A stretch of 52,092 bases of DNA from Candidatus Nealsonbacteria bacterium RIFCSPLOWO2_01_FULL_43_32 (GCA_001819335.1 MHMH01000015.1:1-52092), one strand, 5' to 3'; positions 7,171 to 17,405 are shown, numbered from the stretch's first letter. Notes: generated from the letters alone by a model not told the origin. Numbers and translations are program-made.

Positions 7171-8667
7171 ATGCAAAAAACAATTTTAATCGGCGGGGCG
7201 GCCGGGCTGGGGTCAGCGGTCACCTCACATTTCATCGGCAAGGTCTTTTGTAGCTTGGGTTACCATGTTTTCAATTACAGGGATTACCCCTCCTTAATCA
7301 GGGGAGGGCATAATTTTAATGTGCTCAAGATTTCTGATAAGCCGGTTTATTCCCACGAACACCATTACGATTTTATTCTGGCTTTAGACCAAAAAACCAT
7401 TGCTCTTCATAAAAAAGATTTAAAAAAAGGAGGCCTCATTTTGAAAGCCAAAGAAATGGAGCCGAAAATTTTAGCCAACAATGTTTTAATCGGCATATTT
7501 TTTAAACATTTTGGCATAGACCGGGAGATTGTTTTAAAAGCGGCGGAAAAACTATTCGGCCAGAACGATTCCATCAAGAAAGCCATTGAAGAAGGTTACG
7601 GCTCAACCCAAACAAAAGAAAAATTGAAAGTGGCCGGCCAAGGAAAATATTTTATTTCCGGCAACGAGGGAGTGGCTATTGGGTCAATAGCCGCCGGCAT
7701 GGATTTACACTTAGCTTATCCTATGACGCCAGCCAGCCCTGTTTTGCATTTTTTAGCCAAAAGGCAACTGGAAAACAATATCTTGGTTTTTCAGCCGGAA
7801 AACGAAATTGCGGTAGCTAATATGGCCCTGGGAGCTTCATTCAGAGGCGCCAAAGTAATGGTGGGGACTTCCGGGGGCGGCTTTGCTTTGATGACAGAAG
7901 CCCTAAGTTTGGCCGGCATGGCGGAATTGCCCCTGGTAATTTATCTGGCCCAAAGAACTGCTCCTTCCACTGGCGTTCCCACCCATACCGCTCAGAGCGA
8001 TTTAAAGTTTGCGCTCAACGCCGGTCATGGCGAGTTTGCCAAAATCGTCGTAGCTCCCGGCGACGCCCAAGAAGCCATCACTAGGACGGAGGAAGCTTTT
8101 TACTTGGCCTGTAAATACAGGATTCCTGCCATTGTTCTGGGAGATAAGCATTTGGGAGAGAGCGATTACGCTTTTGACCAGCTGAAAAAATTTCAATTCA
8201 GCGGTGTTTCGTATCCCGTAGATAGAGCAAATAGTTATGAGCACAATGAGTTGGGTTTTACCGTAGAAGATGCGCCGAGCGTAGCCTGGGGGCACGAAAA
8301 AAGATTAAAGAAAATATCGCTGCTGGAAAAAGCGATTTTAAAACTTAACCCCATTTCTCTTTACGGTCAAGGTAAAAATTTAATCGTCAGCCACGGTTCC
8401 ACCAAAGGGGCAATCTTAGATGCTCTGCCCCAACTCCCCGGCTTTAAGTTTTTACAGGTTTCTTATTTAAAGCCGTTTCCCGCAGCATTGGTTGCCCGAG
8501 GAATTAAAAAAGCCAGCAAAGTGATTTTGGTGGAGAATTCAGCCACCGGTGCCCTGGCCGATGTGGTCGCCGAGCAAACAGGCTTGATGATAAAAAATAA
8601 AATTTTAAAATATGACGGCAGGCCTTTTGTGCCCGCAGACATAATTAAAAGAGTAAAACAGAAATAA
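7171..8667 (+). CDS. 2-oxoacid:ferredoxin oxidoreductase alpha subunit
   Basis: YPSLIRGGHN, YPMTPAS, TSGGGFALMTE, PSTGVPT, KYDGRPF. Confidence 0.93.
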   Translation: MQKTILIGGAAGLGSAVTSHFIGKVFCSLGYHVFNYRDYPSLIRGGHNFNVLKISDKPVYSHEHHYDFILALDQKTIALHKKDLKKGGLILKAKEMEPKILANNVLIGIFFKHFGIDREIVLKAAEKLFGQNDSIKKAIEEGYGSTQTKEKLKVAGQGKYFISGNEGVAIGSIAAGMDLHLAYPMTPASPVLHFLAKRQLENNILVFQPENEIAVANMALGASFRGAKVMVGTSGGGFALMTEALSLAGMAELPLVIYLAQRTAPSTGVPTHTAQSDLKFALNAGHGEFAKIVVAPGDAQEAITRTEEAFYLACKYRIPAIVLGDKHLGESDYAFDQLKKFQFSGVSYPVDRANSYEHNELGFTVEDAPSVAWGHEKRLKKISLLEKAILKLNPISLYGQGKNLIVSHGSTKGAILDALPQLPGFKFLQVSYLKPFPAALVARGIKKASKVILVENSATGALADVVAEQTGLMIKNKILKYDGRPFVPADIIKRVKQK

Positions 8668-9525
8668 ATGAAGCCAGAAGATTTATCAACCAAAGAAATA
8701 AATACCTGGTGTCCCGGCTGTCCCAATTTCGGCATTTTGCAGGCCGTCAAAGAGGCTGTTGCCGAGCTGGCTATAGCCAGTAATACGGCCATCGTGACCG
8801 GCATCGGCTGCCATGCCAAAATTTACGATTATCTGAATTTAAAAGCTTTTTACGGAATCCACGGCCGAGTTTTACCGATAGCTTTCGGAACTAAATTGGG
8901 TGATCCCCAAATGACGGTGATTGGTTTTGGCGGAGACGGCGATACTTATGCTGAGGGCATGGAGCATTTTATCCATCACTGCAGGTACAATGCCGATTTA
9001 ACAATGCTGGTCCACAACAACCAGGTTTTTTCTTTGACCACCGGCCAATTTACCCCCACCACGGAAAAAGGATTTAAAGACGGCTCCAGCCCCCTGGGCT
9101 TAGGAGAAAAACCGTTCAATCCCCTTGTTTTGGCTTTGGCAGCGGGCGCCACTTTTGTAGCCAGAGGCTACGCCTTAAACGTTCCGCACCTGAAGGAATT
9201 AATTAAAAAAGCCATTTTACATAAAGGTTTTTCTTTTATTGATATTCTTCAGCCCTGCATTGTCTATCATAAACATTCACTGCCTTATCTCAATAAGAAT
9301 GTTTACCAAATTGAAAAAACGCACGATCTTGGAAATTTAAACCAGGCGCTGGCCAAAGCCCGAGAGTGGGATTATTCTTACGAAAAAGATAGCAAGGTGC
9401 CCATCGGCGTTTTTTACCAAAAACAGCGCCCGACTTTTGAATCCCAATGGCCGCAGTTGAAAAAACCCTGGCATATCGTTGGGAGAAAGCCGGATTGGGC
9501 CAAAATAATCAAAGAATTTAAATAA
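8668..9525 (+). CDS. 2-oxoacid:ferredoxin oxidoreductase beta subunit (TPP-binding)
   Basis: WCPGC, GIGC, HGR, GDGD TPP motif, LQPC. Confidence 0.95.
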   Translation: MKPEDLSTKEINTWCPGCPNFGILQAVKEAVAELAIASNTAIVTGIGCHAKIYDYLNLKAFYGIHGRVLPIAFGTKLGDPQMTVIGFGGDGDTYAEGMEHFIHHCRYNADLTMLVHNNQVFSLTTGQFTPTTEKGFKDGSSPLGLGEKPFNPLVLALAAGATFVARGYALNVPHLKELIKKAILHKGFSFIDILQPCIVYHKHSLPYLNKNVYQIEKTHDLGNLNQALAKAREWDYSYEKDSKVPIGVFYQKQRPTFESQWPQLKKPWHIVGRKPDWAKIIKEFK

Positions 9526-10485
9526 ATGCCCAAAATAAAATATTATAAAATTGCGTGTCTGGGCGGAGGCAATGCCATGCCTCAAGCGGTTTTATCGGGC
9601 CTGAAGAAGTATCCCGTAAAATTATCAGCCATTTCTTCTATGCTGGATTCGGGGGGTTCGGCTGGTAAATTAAGAAAAAGTTTCCAAACTGGCGTTTCTT
9701 TCGGAGATATCAGAAGAGCCATCCTGGCCCTGTCTGAAGCGCCTCAGGCAGTTAAAGCAAGTTTTTCCCAGCGCGATTCAATGGGCCACGTGCTCGCTAA
9801 TGTTTTTTGTACAGCTGTGACTGTGGCCACGGGCAGCCCCGAAACCGCCATCGCTAAACTTAAAGCTCGCTTGGCTTTTCCTGCCCGCCATCAGGCTCTG
9901 CCCGCTACTTTGAGCGACGTCGAGCTCTGCGCCGAATTGAAGAGCGGAGAGGTCATCAATACCGAAACCAAAATAGACGTTCCCGAAGCGAGAAAAAGGC
10001 CACCCATCAAACGAGTCTATCTGTCCGCTCAAGCTACGGCTTATCCTCCGGCCCTGTCAGCCATTAAAAATACGGATTTAATCGTTATCGGTCCCGGTGA
10101 TTTATATTCTTCGTTAGCCCAAATTTTATTAGTCCAGGGCATGGCTCAAGCCATCAGAGCAAGCAGAGCCAAGAAAGTTTATGTCGCCAATGCCATGACC
10201 AAGCACGGCGAAACGAATGGCTTCTCGGTGCTGGATTTGGCCAATGAAATAGAAAAATATTTAGGGCAAAAACTGGACTATGTTGTTTATAATAAGGTTT
10301 TGGCCGCTCAAGATAGGATTGAGGCGACCAAAAAAGGAAATCCTAACCTGGTCGCTGCGGTCAGGGTTGACGAAAACTTGCCGAGCGAGAAATTTATCGG
10401 CGAGAATCTTTTGCCTGACTCCGGGTTGGTGATATACGACCCGCAAAAATTAGCCCAAATTTTATTAAACCTATGCAAGCGATAA
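9526..10485 (+). CDS. yvcK: YvcK/GlmR (CofD-like, UDP-GlcNAc-binding) family protein
   Basis: LGGG, DSGGSAG, GDIRR, IGPGDLYSS, MTKHGET. Confidence 0.88.
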   Translation: MPKIKYYKIACLGGGNAMPQAVLSGLKKYPVKLSAISSMLDSGGSAGKLRKSFQTGVSFGDIRRAILALSEAPQAVKASFSQRDSMGHVLANVFCTAVTVATGSPETAIAKLKARLAFPARHQALPATLSDVELCAELKSGEVINTETKIDVPEARKRPPIKRVYLSAQATAYPPALSAIKNTDLIVIGPGDLYSSLAQILLVQGMAQAIRASRAKKVYVANAMTKHGETNGFSVLDLANEIEKYLGQKLDYVVYNKVLAAQDRIEATKKGNPNLVAAVRVDENLPSEKFIGENLLPDSGLVIYDPQKLAQILLNLCKR

Positions 10486-11660
10486 TTTTAGCGGCCGGGG
10501 AGTCGTCTCGTTTCTGGCCGCTTAACCACGGGCATAAATCCCAGATTAAATTATTGGGCAGGCCTTTGATTTTTTGGACGATCAAAGCGCTGGCCGAAAA
10601 CGGCGTTAAAGATATCGCCCTCATCATCAGCCCCTCCAACACCACCTTAAAAGAAGATTTAAAAACTGTGGCCGGCGATTTAAACGTTAAGCTTTCTTAT
10701 TTTGTCCAAGAAAAGCCCTTGGGAACGGGAAACGCCATATCTCTCGCCAAAAATTTTATCAAAGAGCCGTTTTTTGTTCTTTGGGGGGCAGAGGTTTCAG
10801 CCAAAGAAACCATCGCTGAAATTCTTGAAAAATATCGTTCAGAAAAACCCGCCACTGTCTTAGTTGGCGCTCAAACAAACACTCCCTGGGATTATGGTAT
10901 TCTCAAACTAGAAGGGGAGAGGATTATAGAGATAGTAGAAAATCCCAAATCAGGGCAAGAGCCTTCAAACATTAAAGTGGTTGGGACTTATTTTTTATCT
11001 CCTGATTTTTTTGATGCTTATCAAAAACTGTCCAAACATCACGAAGCCGATTTTGTTGACGCCCTGAACCTTTATTTAAAAGATAAGCCGTCAGAGCTTG
11101 TGCTTTTACCAAAAGACACGCCTTCTTTAAAATATCCCTGGAATCTTTTAGAAATTTCTAAAATCATGCTGGAATCGGAAGATTTTAAAAATTATATTTC
11201 GCCCTCCGCTACTATCGGTGCCAACATGGTCATTAAGGGCAAGGTTTACATCGGCCCTCACTGTCAGATCGGCGACCATAATGTTTTACGGGGGCCTTTA
11301 AACCTGGAGAGCGGCGTTAGAACCGGCGCCTTTTTTGAAATTAAAAATTCGGTGGTCCAGGAGGGCACTCATTTCCACTCCGGCTATGTGGGCGATTCGG
11401 TCATCGGCCGAAACTGCCGCTTTGGCGCCGGATTCATTACGGCTAATCGTCGGCTGGACAGAGGCAGCATTAAATCAGTCGTGAAAGGGAAAAAGACAGA
11501 TACGGGCTTAACTTATTTTGGTACGGTGGTGGGAGATAATACTAGCTTTGGGATTCAGGCCAGCACCATGCCCGGCGTTTTAATCGGTTTTGATGTGAAT
11601 GTTTGGCCGGGCCTGGTAGTCTTTAAAAACATCAAAGATAGTGAAAATTTTAAAAATTAA
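10473..11660 (+). CDS. glmU: Bifunctional sugar-1-phosphate nucleotidyltransferase/acetyltransferase (archaeal-type GlmU-like)
   Basis: ILAAGxSSRFWP, QEKPLGTG, C-terminal hexapeptide repeats, YVGDSVIG. Confidence 0.8.
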   Translation: MQAIILAAGESSRFWPLNHGHKSQIKLLGRPLIFWTIKALAENGVKDIALIISPSNTTLKEDLKTVAGDLNVKLSYFVQEKPLGTGNAISLAKNFIKEPFFVLWGAEVSAKETIAEILEKYRSEKPATVLVGAQTNTPWDYGILKLEGERIIEIVENPKSGQEPSNIKVVGTYFLSPDFFDAYQKLSKHHEADFVDALNLYLKDKPSELVLLPKDTPSLKYPWNLLEISKIMLESEDFKNYISPSATIGANMVIKGKVYIGPHCQIGDHNVLRGPLNLESGVRTGAFFEIKNSVVQEGTHFHSGYVGDSVIGRNCRFGAGFITANRRLDRGSIKSVVKGKKTDTGLTYFGTVVGDNTSFGIQASTMPGVLIGFDVNVWPGLVVFKNIKDSENFKN

Positions 11661-12195
11661 AAAATCTTTAAACGAAGCGATTATCTCAATTAAAAACGGT
11701 CAGGTTTTAATCTGTCCGACCGATACGGTTTATGGGTTGATTTGCGATGCCGGCAACAAAAAAGCGGTTGAGAAAATATATCAAATCAAGCAAAGGCCCA
11801 AAAATAAACTGATGCCTATTTTCGTTAGCGACATTAAAATGGCAAAAAAACTTGCAGAAATAAATAAAAAACAAGAAGGCTTCTTAAAAAAAGTTTGGCC
11901 TGGTACAGTTACCGCCATATTAAAATCAAAAAATGTGAAGGGGACAATTGGCGTTAGAATCCCAAATTATAAATGGTTGCTCGGCTTAGCCGAGCAACTA
12001 AATCAGCCGTTGGCGGAAACTTCAGCCAATATTTCGGGCGAACCAGCTACGACAAAAATCAAAGAAGTTTTAAAATATTTTAAAGGGAGAGAATATCACC
12101 CGGATTTGGCGATTGATGCCGGTAATTTAAAAAAATCCAGGCCGTCCAAAGTCATTGATTTAACCGTATGGCCGCCAAAAATATTAAGGGAATAA
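11641..12195 (+). CDS. tsaC: Threonylcarbamoyl-AMP synthase (TsaC/YrdC/Sua5)
   Basis: PTDTVYGL, KQRP.NK, TSANISG. Confidence 0.93.
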   Translation: MKILKIKKSLNEAIISIKNGQVLICPTDTVYGLICDAGNKKAVEKIYQIKQRPKNKLMPIFVSDIKMAKKLAEINKKQEGFLKKVWPGTVTAILKSKNVKGTIGVRIPNYKWLLGLAEQLNQPLAETSANISGEPATTKIKEVLKYFKGREYHPDLAIDAGNLKKSRPSKVIDLTVWPPKILRE

Positions 12196-13223
12196 AAATT
12201 CTTGGGATAGACACTTCATGCGACGACACAGCCATCAGCGTGATGGAAATTCGAAATTCGAAATTCGAAATTCGAAGCAATGTAGTGTCGTCGCAGGTGA
12301 AATTACATCAAAAATATGGAGGAGTTTATCCTTCTTTGGCCAAGAGAGAGCACCAGAAAAATTTGCCTGTAGTTTTCAGGAAAGCCCTTCGACAAGCTCA
12401 GGGTAAACCTAATGATATTGATTTCATTGGCGTCACCAACGGGCCGGGCTTGGAGCCATGTTTGTGGCAGGGGATAAATTTTGCCAAAGACTTAGCCGAA
12501 AGATTAAAAAAACCAATAGTGCCGGTCAACCATATCGAGGCTCATATTCTTGCCAATCTTATTAATCGACGTCCGCCGTCGATTATGTTTCCGGTAGTGG
12601 CTTTGGTGGTATCGGGCGGGCACACGCAGCTGATTTTGATGAGGGGCATTGGGAAATATAAATTAATCGGCGAGACGAGAGACGATGCGGCGGGCGAATG
12701 TTTTGATAAAACGGCGCGCATTTTGGGTCTTAGCTATCCCGGCGGCCCGGCTATCGCCAAAATCGCTTCACTTGGAAACTTAGTTTCCAAGAAAGAAACT
12801 AAGTTTCCAGTGAGCTTGCCCAGGCCGATGATGCATCAGAAAAACTATGATTTCAGTTTTTCTGGATTAAAAACCGCGGTATTATATAAGGCGAGAGAAC
12901 TAAAAACTATAAACTATAAGCTAAAAACTGAATTATGCGCTGAAATTCAGCAGGCGATTATCGATGTTCTGCTCTACAAAACAATCAAAGCGGCAAAAAA
13001 CTATAAAGCAAGGTCAATTATACTTGGGGGAGGCGTAGCTGCAAATGATGAGTTAAGAAAGCAGTTTAAATTGAAAATTAAAAATTTAAAATTTAAAATT
13101 AATTTTTTCGTACCAGGAAGAATTTATTGCACCGATAATGCCGCTATGGTAGCCATAACAGCTTTTTATCATCGGACACAAAAAGTTAAAAATATCAAGG
13201 CCCAAGCCGACCTGCAAATTTAA
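12168..13223 (+). CDS. tsaD: tRNA N6-adenosine threonylcarbamoyltransferase
   Basis: LGIDTSCDDT, NHIEAH, SGGHT, DDAAGECFDK, FSFSGLKT, CTDNAAM. Confidence 0.96.
   Translation: MAAKNIKGIKILGIDTSCDDTAISVMEIRNSKFEIRSNVVSSQVKLHQKYGGVYPSLAKREHQKNLPVVFRKALRQAQGKPNDIDFIGVTNGPGLEPCLWQGINFAKDLAERLKKPIVPVNHIEAHILANLINRRPPSIMFPVVALVVSGGHTQLILMRGIGKYKLIGETRDDAAGECFDKTARILGLSYPGGPAIAKIASLGNLVSKKETKFPVSLPRPMMHQKNYDFSFSGLKTAVLYKARELKTINYKLKTELCAEIQQAIIDVLLYKTIKAAKNYKARSIILGGGVAANDELRKQFKLKIKNLKFKINFFVPGRIYCTDNAAMVAITAFYHRTQKVKNIKAQADLQI
12769..12812. repeat. Nested palindrome in frame inside tsaD
   Basis: TGGAAACTTAGTTTC(12773-12787)/GAAACTAAGTTTCCA(12795-12809), a perfect 15-bp inverted repeat. Confidence 0.85.
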
Positions 13224-13714
13224 TGGATTACTTTATTTTTCAACAAATTAATAATCTGGCCGGTCAATGGGCATCTTTAGACGCCCTGGGAATTTTTTTT
13301 GCTCAATATCTTGCATATTTATTAGTTGGTTTAGCTATTTTAATTTTTTGGGGCAAGCGGAGAACAATACTGCAAGCATTTATGGCAGTAGTTTTGGCTC
13401 GTTTTGGCATAGTTGAGCTCATCAGGCTTTTTTGGTTAAGACCGCGGCCGTTTGTTGAAAATAATGTTAGTTTGCTTTTAGAGCATAACGGAGCGTCTTT
13501 TCCGTCCGGACACGCCGCTTTCTTTTTTGCTCTGTCATTTATTGTCTATCAATATAATAAAAAAGCCGGCATTGGTTTTTTCGTGGCCAGTTTTTTTATT
13601 TCAATCGCTAGGGTCTTTGTCGGCATCCATTGGCCCTCGGATATTTTAGCCGGAGCCTTAGTCGGTATCTTTTCCGGTTGGTTAGCTATGAGAATTTGGT
13701 GGGCGAAGAGATAA
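13223..13714 (+). CDS. PAP2 family phosphatase (undecaprenyl-diphosphatase BcrC-like)
   Basis: RPRP, SFPSGH, ARVFVGIHWPSD motifs; hydrophobic. Confidence 0.9.
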   Translation: MDYFIFQQINNLAGQWASLDALGIFFAQYLAYLLVGLAILIFWGKRRTILQAFMAVVLARFGIVELIRLFWLRPRPFVENNVSLLLEHNGASFPSGHAAFFFALSFIVYQYNKKAGIGFFVASFFISIARVFVGIHWPSDILAGALVGIFSGWLAMRIWWAKR

Positions 13715-13759
13715 ATCTCTTCTTTACAACTTCACAAATTAGCCGTAATTTGTTCGTTG

Positions 13760-13842
13760 TGGGCGAGGTGGGAGTCGAACCCACATGAGCTTGCGCTCAT
13801 AAGTTTTTGAAACTTACGTGTAAACCATTCCACCACTCGCCC
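13760..13842 (-). tRNA. tRNA-Leu(CAA), CCA not encoded
   Basis: GGGCGAG/CTCGCCC acceptor stem, TAAGT-ttCAAaa-ACTTA anticodon arm, long variable arm, GTTCGAC T-loop. Confidence 0.93.
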
Positions 13843-13918
13843 AACCTTAAAACTACCTAAAAATCTATCATTTTTTTCTTCATTTGTCAATTTAAAAATT
13901 TCATGATAAAATAATTTA

Positions 13919-14743
13919 ATGGCGCGGATTATCTGTGTAATAAATAATAAGGGCGGAACCGGTAAAACAACAACGGCTGTTAATCTTCCTGTTTTTTTGG
14001 CTGCTATGGGTAAAAAAGTTTTGCTGGTAGACCTTGACCACCAGGCCAATGCTACCTATTCCTTGGGTATCAGCCCCCGCAATCTGCCGCTTTCTGTTTA
14101 TCACGCTTTAGCAGGCCAGGTCAGCCCGTCAGCCATTATCCGTAAAAGTTCTTTTTTTAACTATGAGATTATGCCGGCTTCGCCGGATTTGGCCGGCTCT
14201 ACCGTGGAGCTGGTCAGCGCTGACAACCGGGAATTTAAACTGCGTCAGCTCTTGGAAAAAATTCAGGAGCCCTATGATTTCATTATCATTGACTCGCCGC
14301 CCAGCCTGGGACTTTTGACCATTAACGCTCTCTGCGCTTCAAATGAAGTTTTAATCCCGGTTCAGTGCGAGTACTTGGCCCTGGAGGGACTGGGGCAATT
14401 ACTGGATACGATTAATTTGGTGAAAGAAAATCTGGGAAGAGAATTAAAAATTACCGGCGCTCTTTTAACCATGTATAACAGAAATAACAAGCTGTCTCGC
14501 GAAGTGGCCAAGGAAGTCAGGAGGAATTTCCCCGGCTATGTTTTTGATACGGTTATTCCAAGACAAGTATCTTTGGCCGAAGCGCCCAAATTCGGTAAAA
14601 CTATTTTGCAGTATGCCCCCACTTCCTTAGCCGCCCAGGCCTACCGGGAGCTGGCTCAAGAAATAATAAATAGAAATCCGAATGATACGAATATATATCC
14701 GAATGCTCCGAATAATTCGCAGAATTCGGATAGCCATTCGTAG
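13919..14743 (+). CDS. parA: ParA/Soj ATPase
   Basis: KGGTGKTTT deviant Walker A, DLDHQAN, DSPPSLG, IPVQCEYLALEG. Confidence 0.96.
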   Translation: MARIICVINNKGGTGKTTTAVNLPVFLAAMGKKVLLVDLDHQANATYSLGISPRNLPLSVYHALAGQVSPSAIIRKSSFFNYEIMPASPDLAGSTVELVSADNREFKLRQLLEKIQEPYDFIIIDSPPSLGLLTINALCASNEVLIPVQCEYLALEGLGQLLDTINLVKENLGRELKITGALLTMYNRNNKLSREVAKEVRRNFPGYVFDTVIPRQVSLAEAPKFGKTILQYAPTSLAAQAYRELAQEIINRNPNDTNIYPNAPNNSQNSDSHS

Positions 14744-14749
14744 AATTCG
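14679..14749. repeat. Mirror array 4x CGAAT / 4x ATTCG at the parA 3' end
   Basis: CGAAT at 14679, 14688, 14700, 14709; ATTCG at 14715, 14724, 14736, 14745 (9-12-9 spacing on both sides). Confidence 0.85.
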
Positions 14750-14763
14750 CATTATATATTTTT

Positions 14764-15642
14764 ATGAAACAAACTTTTGGCAAAGGATTGGAATCTCTTA
14801 TCCCTAAGAAAACCGATAAAACTCCCAAAACTTTTGAAGTTAAGCAGGAGCCGATTTTTTATATTGAAATTGAAAGAATCAAATCCAATCCCTATCAGCC
14901 CAGAAAAAACTTTGACCATGAGGGCTTGCAGTCTCTGGCCGATTCTATCAAGGAACACGGCGTTTTGCAGCCCATTCTAGTGAGCAGGATTGAAAACGCC
15001 TCGGGCGCGGGCGTGGAGTATCAGTTGGTGGCCGGAGAAAGAAGGCTCTTGGCCTCAAAAATGGTGGGCTTAACCCAGATTCCGGTCATAATCAGGGAGC
15101 CGACCGAGAAAGAAAAACTGGCGGTTTCTCTGGTTGAAAACGTCCAAAGATTGAATTTAAATGCCCTGGAAAAAGCCGAGGCCTACCAGAGAATGCAGGC
15201 CGAGTTTAATTTTTTGCAAAAAGACATTGCCAAATTAGTGGGCGGCAGCCGGGAAGCAGTGGCTAATACTTTAAGACTGCTTGATTTGCCCGAAGAAATC
15301 AAAAGCGCCCTGCGGGACAGCCGCATCACCGAGGGCCATGCCCGGGCCATGCTGGCGGTCAGCGACGTGGCAAAACAAAAAGCCCTGCTGGCCCGCACCG
15401 TCAGAGACGGACTGAATGTCAGAGAGGTGGAGAACTGGGCTCAAAGATTAAGCGTTTGGCAGCCAATCAAAAAGCAGGTTTCAGCCGCTTCAGCAGAAGT
15501 CAAAGCGCTGGAAGAAAAAATCAGGCAGGCCCTGGGCCTCAAAAATCTTAAATTGAGAATTGAAGCCGGCCGGCCCAAGCTCACGGTTTTCTTTAACTCC
15601 AAGAAAGAAATAGAGGCTCTGTTCAAAAAGTTCAGTCTTTAG
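14764..15642 (+). CDS. parB: ParB/Spo0J partition protein
   Basis: NPYQPRK, LVAGERRL, ENVQRxxLN, HTH with VANTLRLL, GHARA. Confidence 0.96.
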   Translation: MKQTFGKGLESLIPKKTDKTPKTFEVKQEPIFYIEIERIKSNPYQPRKNFDHEGLQSLADSIKEHGVLQPILVSRIENASGAGVEYQLVAGERRLLASKMVGLTQIPVIIREPTEKEKLAVSLVENVQRLNLNALEKAEAYQRMQAEFNFLQKDIAKLVGGSREAVANTLRLLDLPEEIKSALRDSRITEGHARAMLAVSDVAKQKALLARTVRDGLNVREVENWAQRLSVWQPIKKQVSAASAEVKALEEKIRQALGLKNLKLRIEAGRPKLTVFFNSKKEIEALFKKFSL

Positions 15643-17405
15643 GTTTTTTGTCTTTGTACCCAGGTGGCTTCAATCACTCTTTGAGGCCATTTTTTTTCCG
15701 CTTCTTTGATATTTTTGCAACTTAGCTGATGAACGATGGCGCCCCGGCCTCGAGTAATAAAAGCCTTAAGCTTGTCGCCGGCTTTGGGCGAACAGCATTT
15801 GGCCAGGGAGATTTGCAGGCCCGTTTGGCCGGCCAAAGAAACCTTCATCTCAATTTCCGGGGCTTTAATGCGCTTTGGGCGGCGCAGCCTGGGCAAACGA
15901 ATAATCATTCCCTTGAGGAATGTCTTCAGCTCCTGAACAGGCGAATCTTGCTTTAAAAAGCCCTTAATCCTGGAGCGGGCCAAATTAGTTTTGACAAATT
16001 TCAGCCAATCCCTGGAAGGTTTTTTATTCTTATCAGTAATAATCTCAACCACGTCGCCGTTTTTTAAAGGACGAGCCAGCTGCATCATCTTGCCGTTAAC
16101 CTTGGCGCCGGTGCAGCGGTGGCCGATGTCGCTATGGACAGCGTAAGCAAAATCCACGGGCGTAGCATTTTCGGGCAGATCAATGACGTCTCCTTTAGGA
16201 GTAAAAACAAAGATTCTATTTTTTAAAAAATCAACTTTCAGACCCTCTAAAAATTCTTTGGATTCCAAAATTTTAGACTGCCAATCCTTTAGCTGTTGGA
16301 CCCAGGCGAATCTTTTGGCTTGGGTTTTCAGATTAACTCTTTCTTTCATGGCCCAGTGAGCGGCAATCCCCCTCTCTGCTTCTTCGTGCATTTCTCTGGT
16401 TTTTACCTGAACTTCAATAATTTTACCTTCAGAGCAGAAAACAGTCGTGTGCAGAGCTTGATAGCCATTTGGTTTGGGCGAGGCGATGTAGTCTTTAATG
16501 CGGCCGGGCAGCGGCCGCCAGAATTCATGAATCGCGCCCAGGGCTTCATAGCAAGTTTTAATATCCTGGACAATGACTCTGATGGCGATGAGGTCGTAGA
16601 TGCTTTCAAAGTTCATATCATTTCTTAGCAGTTTTTGGTAAAGACTCCAATAGTGCTTGGGCCGGGAGTGGATATCGATGGGTTTAATGCCTGCTTGGGC
16701 CAGGATGGCCACCAAAAGCGGTTTAATTTTTGTCAGCTCTTTCTGCCTGACCTCGTATCTTTCTTTAATGTTATTTTTCAGCCATTCGTATTCTTTGGGA
16801 TAAAGATAAGGGAAAGCCAGGTCTTCCAACTTACCCTTCATCTCTCCCATACCTAACCTGTTAGCCAGAGGAGCGAAAACCTCCAAAGTTTCCAGAGCGA
16901 TTCTCTGACGTTTTTCCGGCGGCAGCGCACCCAAGGTTTTCATATTATCCAGCCGGTCGGCTAATTTGATTAAAATAACTCTTAAATCTTCGCTCATGGC
17001 AAAGAACATCTTCCTTAAATTTTCCGCCCTCAAATCCAAATCCACGGGCTTTTTTATTCTGGCTCTGGGCTCCTTAACATCCAAGCCTGTTTTGGGGTAA
17101 CGGAGTTTGCCCAGCTTGCTGACGCCGCCCACCAAAAAAGCGACTTCTTTGCCAAATTCTTTTTCAATATCCTGGAGCGTTTTTTTCGTATCGTCCGGCA
17201 CATCATGCAACAGGCCGGCGGCCACTGTTTTTTGGTCTAGCCGCATGGCGCTTAAAATTTGAGCCACGCTTAAAGGGTGCAGGATATAGCCTTCTCCGGA
17301 AAACCTTTTTTGGCCTTGATGGGCGCCTTCGGCAAATTTAAAAGCTTTCTCAATCAGCTTGGGGTCGGAACTTTGTTTGATTATTTCTTGGAGAAGCTTG
17401 CGCAT
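15639..17405 (-). CDS. relA: (p)ppGpp synthetase/hydrolase (RSH); HD+SYNTH+TGS, no evident ACT domain
   Basis: LLHDV, IKLADRLDNM, PKPNGYQALHT, FVFTPKG, DFAYAVHS. Confidence 0.93.
   Translation of the reverse strand: MRKLLQEIIKQSSDPKLIEKAFKFAEGAHQGQKRFSGEGYILHPLSVAQILSAMRLDQKTVAAGLLHDVPDDTKKTLQDIEKEFGKEVAFLVGGVSKLGKLRYPKTGLDVKEPRARIKKPVDLDLRAENLRKMFFAMSEDLRVILIKLADRLDNMKTLGALPPEKRQRIALETLEVFAPLANRLGMGEMKGKLEDLAFPYLYPKEYEWLKNNIKERYEVRQKELTKIKPLLVAILAQAGIKPIDIHSRPKHYWSLYQKLLRNDMNFESIYDLIAIRVIVQDIKTCYEALGAIHEFWRPLPGRIKDYIASPKPNGYQALHTTVFCSEGKIIEVQVKTREMHEEAERGIAAHWAMKERVNLKTQAKRFAWVQQLKDWQSKILESKEFLEGLKVDFLKNRIFVFTPKGDVIDLPENATPVDFAYAVHSDIGHRCTGAKVNGKMMQLARPLKNGDVVEIITDKNKKPSRDWLKFVKTNLARSRIKGFLKQDSPVQELKTFLKGMIIRLPRLRRPKRIKAPEIEMKVSLAGQTGLQISLAKCCSPKAGDKLKAFITRGRGAIVHQLSCKNIKEAEKKWPQRVIEATWVQRQKT

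Noticed and set aside
13732-14104. Minus-strand ORFs over the tRNA and parA start
   Set aside because: Shadow ORFs overlapping tRNA-Leu and antisense to parA.
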